64,000 nucleotides of DNA from Proteromonas lacertae (lineage: Eukaryota). The first letter of the stretch is position 1; the number at the start of each line of letters is the position of its first letter. Made by a program: the position numbers and the translations under genes. Where the stretch lies: contig NGBS01000295.1 of the NCBI GenBank assembly GCA_002245135.1, forward strand, positions 186,001 through 250,000, in the 5' to 3' direction. Of this stretch, positions 55,901-64,000 are shown piece after piece. The notes beneath the pieces were generated by a model, which saw only the letters and a list, made by a program, of their open reading frames with translations, was not told the DNA's origin and did not search any database.

Positions 55901-56728
55901 ATGTCTTGGGGTATTTAGTGATTTTTGTAATTGTTTACAATAGAAGACGAAGACTTTGATATTGTCGTGCCTGATATTCCAGCTGTTGCACCCGAAGCAC
56001 CACCTCCTGCAACAACAGAGCTAGTATATGATGAATCACAAGAAGATACACGAGAAAAGGTATTATTTTGAGTATGTAATTGAGTTAGTGTGTTGGTTGT
56101 GATGGTGTTGGTAAAGTAGATCCAAGTAGAAATGGTGAATTAAAAAAAGGTTTAGAACTTTTAAAGAAAGAAAGAAAACCAGTATTAGCAAATATAAATT
56201 ATATTATCATAGCTAACAAAAGCACAAATTAGAGATTTAAAAGACAAAGCTAGACAGAAGAAACGCAACGAAGAAATAGATATAAGCGCAGTAGATGATC
56301 CATATTTAAGAAAGAAATTAATTCAAGAAGAACAAGAAAGAACTGAATTAGAAATAATGGAAGAACAGATAATGGATGCAGATGAATCAAATAAAGATAA
56401 CGCTACTGCTGCTGATCAAAAAGATAAAAAAGTAGATTTATCAACAGCAGCAGCTCAAAAGAATTATTTAAAGCAATTTGGAGAAGAAGCTTTGAAAGTG
56501 AAGAATCCAGAAGCTACTAAAGAAGCACTTTGTGATTTAATAAGACAATTAGGACCAATTTTCAATACTACAGATTTAGATAATATTGCTGTTGTATGTA
56601 GTGTGAAAAAGAATGATAATAAGAAGAAGAAGGATAAAAAACCAAAGTTAAAGTTAGATACTAAACAAGATATATTTGATGATATGGGAGATTATGATGA
56701 TATTGGAGATGAATATGATTTTATGTAA
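55901..56728 (+). CDS. EIF3J: Translation initiation factor 3 subunit J-like
   Basis: MSWEDEDFD start, charged helical middle, KKKDKKPKLK..DDMGDYDDIGDEYDFM end. Confidence 0.7.
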
Positions 56729-56988
56729 TTTTGTTATTTTTTTTCTTTTTGGTTGTTGTATTTATGGCTAATTGCTACTCCATTTACATTAGAAATGAGT
56801 GTAATTTATCGTTAAGCACAAACATTAGATAAATAATTGAATCTTTTTTAACATAAGTTTGTGTTACTCACATCAAAACATTTCTTAACAAAAATGCAAA
56901 TATATATCACATAAGTAATCCTCACTCAGCAAGTGTAAGGATTGAGTTTTTCACATTTTGCCGTTTCATTTTAAAAATACCATCAAAG

Positions 56989-59900
56989 ATGTCAATGAAA
57001 TATTTGTTAACTATGATTTTGTTTTTGTTTTATGTGGGACCATCTTCGGCGATAGATATGTATGATAATAATTCTAATTTTATAGAGATTCTCGTGCTTG
57101 TAATAAAAACGACTTTATAACAATAATCGATTTATATAAGGCAAGTCTAAATGATGTAACACAAGAATATGTGAGTATATTGAATGCTGCAGATAAATCT
57201 TTTAAAGCACCTATTTCAAATGCACAAATTCACAAACCTAGTGATTTTCAAGTGTGTGGAGATACTGGCATGCTATTTCTTATTAATGGTACTCTATCTC
57301 CAAATGTTCACATATCTTATAATTCAAGAGATACTAGTGATGTCAATAATGATGATTTACTTCAGAATTTAATAGAAAAGTTAGGACTTAATGAAAATGT
57401 GTATGTTTTTTTCCAATTTATAAATATATAGTCTTGCAGGATTGAAAGAATTAAAAGAATATGATTTTTCTCATATATTTATGTCATTAGGAGATATACC
57501 AGTTCTAACAGCAATCTATCCAAATACAGACCCAGTATTTTGTGGATTAGATTTCATTCAACAAGATGAGTTGCATTATGGTTGGTACCCTGGTTCACTA
57601 CTAGAAAATAACCCTAACTGCAAAGTATATGGAACAACCATCGTAACTAGGTCAAATTTAAATACTGTTCCAATTTTAACATATGCCAAGCCGATATGTT
57701 CTGGTTTTGGTAGTAGTAGAAAAAGACATGGTGTGATTGGTGTAAATATTGATATTAGTGTATGGTTAAACACATATATTTATCCAATGGATGGTGCATT
57801 TGTTTTCTTATCTGATAATGTGAATAGGTTTTATACTAATCAACCCGCTTTAATTGAATTCTTTGGATTAGAAAAGAGTAGATATTATGATTATAAATAT
57901 AGTGATATTCAGAATGATTTCAATAAAATTCCAGACATTGTAAAGAAAGGAGATACAAATGATATAAGTATATATTATTACTCTATTATTTTTCTATTAT
58001 AGTTGTTGTGAATAACACTGAATATTTCATTATAAACAGAGAGATAATTCCTGGTATAGTTTACCTGACAAGCATCGCTAATACTTATGATTTAGAGAAT
58101 AGATATAAATGGGAAGTTGAACCTGAAATGTGGTTAAGATATAGCACTGATGATAATGAAACAATTGGTTATATTAAAATAGAAAATACTGGTGAAGATA
58201 CAGACGTACTGCAATTCTCCATTAATAATAATAGTCCAAAGTATAAGTTTAATGTAACAACTGGTGTTTTAAAGAAAGAAGAACCTGTTGTTGTTGAAGT
58301 TACTGTGGATTTGAGAAATAAATCACCTTTTGAAGATATTATAATCAGTCCAAAAACCTTTACTAAAGAATGTTATAGTGATTATAGAGTAAAAATTAAA
58401 ACTAAAATAATAGACTGTAATTATTCTGATTATACTTATGAATTAGTGAATGATGATTATCTACTAGATGTTAATTTTCGTAAACTAGAGAATAGTACTT
58501 GTAGAGGTGGACCAATCAAATTAGAAGATCAAAGAATTGATAGAGGAGAAGGCTTTATTGGTGATTTATATTATCCAGATTTGATTACTTTAGTTTTAAC
58601 TGCTATTTTGATATTAGTAAGTATAATACTACTATGTATGAGAAAGAAGTATAATTTGTTGTTAAAAACGCAAGTATTATTCTTATTGAACTTTACTTTG
58701 GGTTATATTATATTTGGAGTATATTCTGTTATCCCAGTTAATAATGTTTGCATTGTAAAGTTGTTATTTTATCATATTGGATGTGTGTTTATGTTAAGGT
58801 ATATATATAATTATATATATTTATGTTAATAAATAGTGGATTGGTATGTATAACGAACTATTTAGTAGCTCAAGAGGTAAAGAAATTAATGATATTTGAT
58901 TTAGATATTGTTTATTTCTTAAAGAGATTCATTCCAATTGCTGTTGTTGCAATATTATGTGTTGCTACAACATCAGAGAATAATGAAAGAATAGAAGAAA
59001 CTTTTCACTTTTATGATTTCTATTCAGTTACTGTTACTACATGTGGAAGAAGAAATTGGAGGTTTTTGGTTGGAAATGCATCTGAAGTATATATATATAT
59101 ATATATGATTCTTGTCATTATTATAATGAATAGATTATAGCAACTCTGTTTATCTTATTTGATACAATTACACTACTTCGTTCAAAAGTGGATAAAAGTT
59201 CATTTATTTTAGCTGTTGCTGTTCAAATTGAAAATGTTTTCTTTATTCTTTATATTATTCTAAATTCAGTAGAAGTTATTAATCCATTTAAATATTGGAC
59301 AGTTCAAATAGCACATATATTAATGAATATAGTCTTTTTCTGTTGTTACTTTTGTATATTTGACTTCCGTATAAAAAGAAAAGGCAAAATTAATCCATTA
59401 GATCAAACTGCAGCAGTTTATACATCAATCCTATCAGATCCAATCACCAGGACTTGTTTATTCTACCATATGATAGAATTACATCAACAAGAGAATCTCT
59501 TATTTTGGGAAGATATAACACGATTTAAGACAATATCAAAATCAGCAAATGAGAATCAATTACTAGAATATTGTCAGAGAATTCAAAATAGATACATTTC
59601 TGATTCATCTCCTTATCAAATTAATATTGCTGCTGATTTGAGGAATAATATAGAAACAAGAATTGATAGTGGAGATGTAGATCCTGAAGTATTTGATGTT
59701 GCTTATGATGAAATTGCAAATCTAATTAGACAGAATTGCTGCTCTTCGTTTTTACTAAGCAAACATGCAAATACTGCCAAACAAATGTTACAATGGTTTA
59801 AAGGATTTGAGGAATTAACTCCTGAATTAAAAGAAGCTATAAAAAAGAAGATAACTAATATGAGAATTGATAATTTACATCGTGCACAATCATTTACAGG

Positions 59901-60477
59901 TAATAGGACTAATACAAATGGTTCAACTAAAAGATTGAATAGTAAAAAGACTAACACAAACAACCAAAATAACTCAGTAAGACGACAATATTCAATGGCA
60001 GTTAGTGGTGCAATGATTCAACATGTATTTAGTGGTTTAGGAGCAAATAATGATAAAGTGTTATTCTCTGTATTTTCTAAAGATGAAGAAGAAACTGCAG
60101 AAGCTTTATTGAAGTTAGATTCTCAACATTTCTCAAGTGGTGGTTGTAATAGTGTAGGTAAAAAGAGTATGAATAATAGAGTTCTTCAACCACCAAGATA
60201 TAATAGTTTACAACCTAACAGTAATTTAAGCCCAAGAGGTGCTAATGGTATAGCAAGTCCAAGTGCAAAAGCTATGTCTCCTACTAGAATTAATAGAAAT
60301 ATAAGTAAAAAACCAAGTACTTTATCACCTATGAATAAATCTGAAAGAAAAGTTGTTTCATTAGAGAATAAAAATCTTACTCTATCTCCTCTTAGTTTCT
60401 CCGCCAATCAACGTACAATTCTACAAGATCCACCTGCTTTGAGTTTGAATGTTCCAGTTGAATTGAAAGAGGAGTAA
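56989..60477 (+). CDS. Signal peptide - Cache-like - Ig-like - 7TM - RGS receptor
   Basis: MSMKYLLTMILFLFYVGPSSA signal; ILTYAKPI..GVIGVNIDIS..GAFVFLSD Cache-like; seven hydrophobic helices; RGS ENLLFWEDITRFK..YISDSSPYQINI..FDVAYDEIANLI. Confidence 0.8.
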
Positions 60478-60638
60478 TCTCTGTTCAATAAGTATTTATA
60501 AATAACTGTTTATATCTTTAAAATGTAATTACACTGTTGTAGATATTCATCCCCTTTTAATAAAAAACACAAATTAATATTAAAAATGGTATTTTATATT
60601 TACACATCTTAAAATCAAATCTTAAAAATAATAACAAC

Positions 60639-61720
60639 CTATGCTTCTGTCTCTTCCATACCATTTGCAATTGATGAATGATTAAAATAATTTACTGGAT
60701 TAAATAAATTCATATTTGGAACCATTCTAGCTTCCTGGTCTGATTCAAAACCACCTTCTTCAAAGGATGATCTATCTCCATCTTCCGATTCTGAATCTGA
60801 CTCTAATTGTCCATAAACTTTCTCACAATCATCAAATGTATATGGTATTAAGTTGTTAAATATCTGTTCTGGATCACTTGGTAATTCTTCGCATGAGTAA
60901 ACATAGTAATCATGAACATAATCATCATCTCCAATTTCTCTTTCTTGATCTTCAGCAATATAAGAGGTTAACATATCGACTAGTGTTTGTATAATTTGCA
61001 CATTACATGGATTATTCATTCTGTAAACGGTTTGTACAATATCAAGTGCATTTTGACCATGGAAGTTGTATACATTCGCTTTTGCTCCATGAGTTCTAAG
61101 GGCCTTTATAACTTCTATATTTCCTTGTGCTGCTGCTGCCATCAACGCTGTAACACCATCAGCGAAAGGTCTTCTGAAATTAACATCAACTCCCAATGCT
61201 ATAGCTTTAAATATATCATCAAATTGACCGTGGATGAATCCATTAAATATTCCTTCATCCATTAACCTCTATACAAAATATTAAACAATCAAGTATATAC
61301 TTCGAACGGCTTCATTCCATTTGCGGTCATGGTACGAAAATTATCACTATCGCCACTTGTTTTCATGGCAGGCCTATAGAATTAACAATCAAAAAGCATA
61401 CGGTAGTTCAATTTCTTCAATTTTATAGGTATTTGTTTGAGAACATATTGTACTAGGTAAGGTACGATCCATTTTGTTCTGCTGTAGATGATTAACTAAA
61501 AATTGTTGTAGGTCTTGTTCGGTTATATTAGACGGCAAACAGTCGATTCGTTTAAAAATAAGTCTAATGGGATCATTATAATATAAATATACAGAGGGTT
61601 TTCACCTGATTGGTCGAACCCCACGCAGTTATCTATAGTTTTCGTACCAGTGATATATAACTTATCTCTAACTGCTTCGTGGGGTCTTCTTTTAACTCTT
61701 ATCACGGTAGATGCTATCAT
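60639..61720 (-). CDS. Iwr1/SLC7A6OS-like protein with inserted ankyrin repeats
   Basis: N-terminal VIRVKRRPHEAVRDKLYI, ankyrin DGVTALMAAAAQGNIEVIKAL..HGA, then DDDYVHDYY and acidic ESDSESED. Confidence 0.6.
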
Positions 61721-62293
61721 AATCTATAAAAAAATAATGGCTTGGCTTGTATTAAAACTTATAAAATGAATAGCCAATCAATTTACTCAACTGACATTAT
61801 TCACTGTATGGTGTTTTTTCTCGACAACTGAGAAGAAAAAGGTTATAAAAAGGTTATATGTGAATGTGTTGATTTTTTATCAGTACATATAAACCTTAAG
61901 ATTGGGATAGTTTCTTTTAGATCGCTCATTAAATGCTAGTTTATGAGGAATGTATATGGTTGTGTTTATTAGATATTATTATATGTGTAATTTAAATATT
62001 AGCGTGAGATGATGTACTCATTCCACATTTTTGGAATCGATTGAAATATCAACTGTAAAAAGTAGATATTCTTGTAATATACACCTAATATGATTTTTTG
62101 AAATATTTAACTGAATATCGGAGATTGTAACGAAAAGGATGTATTTTCATCTTCTTAAAATTAAACTCTTTGAATGTAATTATTATGCAATGAATTAAAA
62201 TATTATTTAAATATTAGCTGATTATTATGGCTGAATAATCATTTTCTATTTCTAAAAATATACTCGTTTTGTTGTTTCATTTTTAATTAAAAA

Positions 62294-63361
62294 ATGGCTC
62301 AAATTTACGAACAGCAAATAGATACAATTGTTGAGTCTATCAAAAATGCATTCCCTGAGATGCCTAAAATCAGTGTAATGACGAATGAACCGTTATCTTT
62401 AATGGAACATATGATTCAAGAATCAAAAATATTGAAGTATATAAACATGAAATTATTATTATTAGATACAAAGATATTAATGGTTTACCAGTAGTAGACT
62501 GTATTTTATCATATATTATCTGATTTAGGTGAAACTGCTAGTGTCCAATGTGGTACTTATTTTAATGTTCCAATCCTACTGTTTAATCATTTCTTATCAA
62601 CATACGAAGGTTATTCTCCTTCAGAATCAGCATTACTAATTTATTCCTTGAAGAAACTTGGTGTAGAAGTATATTTGTTTTTCATGTATTATAAACTCAT
62701 ATAGTACATAATATTTATCTCAGAATCATGGACTGTAGACAGTAATGTCAATTTATGTGATATAATGATTCATGATTCAATCATCAATTTAGCAGGAATG
62801 TATGGCAAAAACCCTCTAGTAGGTGAAAATAATAAAAATTTAGGATGTAGATTCCCTCCAATGCAAGATTTCGTAAGTTATGAATTACATAATATTGCTA
62901 TTGACACAATTGTTGGTTTACATTTTGATAATATAGTTAGAAAAGGATGTTATGTATATGCGGCAGGTCCAAACAGTTTTACTGCAGCAGAAAATAAAAT
63001 GTTTAATACAATGGGAGGTAAATGTGTAGGAATTACACTTGGTAATGAAATAACAGCAGCTGTTCATTGTGGAATGAAAATTTTACCCATAACAATTGTT
63101 GGAACAAATGATTATCTTGGTTCAGAAGAATTACAGAATGGTTTGGATAAGAATTCTGATTTAATAAAGTCTTTGTTTTTAGGACCATTAGTTGGTCATA
63201 TAGTTGTAAAAGCGAATGGGAAAGATTATAAAAATGAGAAAAGTTATAAACCACTTCCTGAAGAACTTGAAGATATTGGATTTACGTATTTCCTTATAGC
63301 TTTTATAGCTGCAGCAATTTTGATAATTGCTTTTGTAGTTTATGTAAGTTATTATAAATAA
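62294..63361 (+). CDS. Purine nucleoside phosphorylase (type I)-like protein with C-terminal TM anchor
   Basis: IINLAGMYGKNPLVGEN..LGCRFPPMQD, GCYVYAAGP..TAAE, EITAAVHCGMKI; terminal helix FTYFLIAFIAAAILIIAFVVYVSYYK. Confidence 0.8.
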
Positions 63362-63451
63362 ATAAATATTTTGATATATTAATGAATTTTCTTTTTAATT
63401 TTTAAAAAATAAACAAAAATGAGAAAAAATAAAACCAAATAATAATATCTT

Positions 63452-64000
63452 TTAATCTGAAACAGTAAATTGTGTTGTAAATGGAACATTATTAACAGTA
63501 TAACTAATTTTCATTTTCAATACAGTTTTCTTTTTGCCATTACTATTATTTATCACTTTCAATTTCTGTTCTATTGGCACATTTGCATAACAAACATCAC
63601 TAGTTGCTGGTAATAACTTGGCTTCTTCATATTTTGGTGTTGCAACTAATAATACTACACCTGGTAACATTGGTAAAGGTGTAAAGAAATGAAGAATCAT
63701 TTTAGTCTCATTAGAACCTTCAACCACTTGTTTATCAATAGTTAAAGCAATATTATTATCTTGATAAGCTGTAAATGTTGTAACATTTGCATTTTGTTGT
63801 TGGGGTTGTTGTTGGGGTGTGGAACTTGTGCCAAAAAGATCATCCAATAAATCACCTCCACTTGTAGTAGTAGCAGATGGTGCTGAAGGTACTGAACCAA
63901 ATAAATCATCTAAATCATCATGTTGTGGTTGTTGTTGTTGTTGTAATGTATTTGCATTTGTATTAGCTGTATTTGAACCAAATAAATCATCCAAATCATC
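63452..64000 (-). CDS. 3' end of gamma-adaptin (AP-1 gamma)-like gene: hinge plus GAE ear (truncated by window)
   Basis: Repeated LDDLFG/DLLDDLFG hinge motifs; ear FTAYQDNNIAL..VATPKY..LLPATSD..IEQKLKVIN..LKMKISYTVN. Confidence 0.8.
   Translation of the reverse strand, partial: DDLDDLFGSNTANTNANTLQQQQQPQHDDLDDLFGSVPSAPSATTTSGGDLLDDLFGTSSTPQQQPQQQNANVTTFTAYQDNNIALTIDKQVVEGSNETKMILHFFTPLPMLPGVVLLVATPKYEEAKLLPATSDVCYANVPIEQKLKVINNSNGKKKTVLKMKISYTVNNVPFTTQFTVSD

Overview
Very AT-rich, gene-dense eukaryotic nuclear DNA with many tiny GT-AG introns (mostly about 23-38 nt, donors usually gtat...) and very short intergenic spacers. The ORF track therefore splits most genes and misses several, so gene models were spliced by hand. 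Flagellar/basal-body genes (DRC8/EFCAB2, two CEP164-like genes, CFAP299, gamma-tubulin), miniature introns and BTB/Ig expansions suggest a flagellated protist, possibly a Blastocystis-related stramenopile such as Proteromonas (inference only). Housekeeping genes: bZIP, RPL10A (with two intronic C/D snoRNAs), XPR1/SYG1, SART1, MVD, LST8, DYRK2-like, DRG2, PKG, NPRL2, PTH2, TUBG1, eIF3j, Iwr1-like, AP-1 gamma ear. Most unusual items: (1) an 8.5-kb Crinkler/RHS-type locus with NTPase-REase, helical repeats, a second NTPase and a Cys-to-Ser USP-like domain; (2) a Cache/Ig/7TM/RGS receptor; (3) a histidine-phosphotransfer protein ending in a CaaX box; (4) two tandem families of BTB adaptors with SPRY-like C-termini, one a 3 x 3313-bp array with mosaic divergence; (5) a standalone voltage-sensor-like protein, a tail-anchored pseudo-PNP and a 35-aa microprotein.
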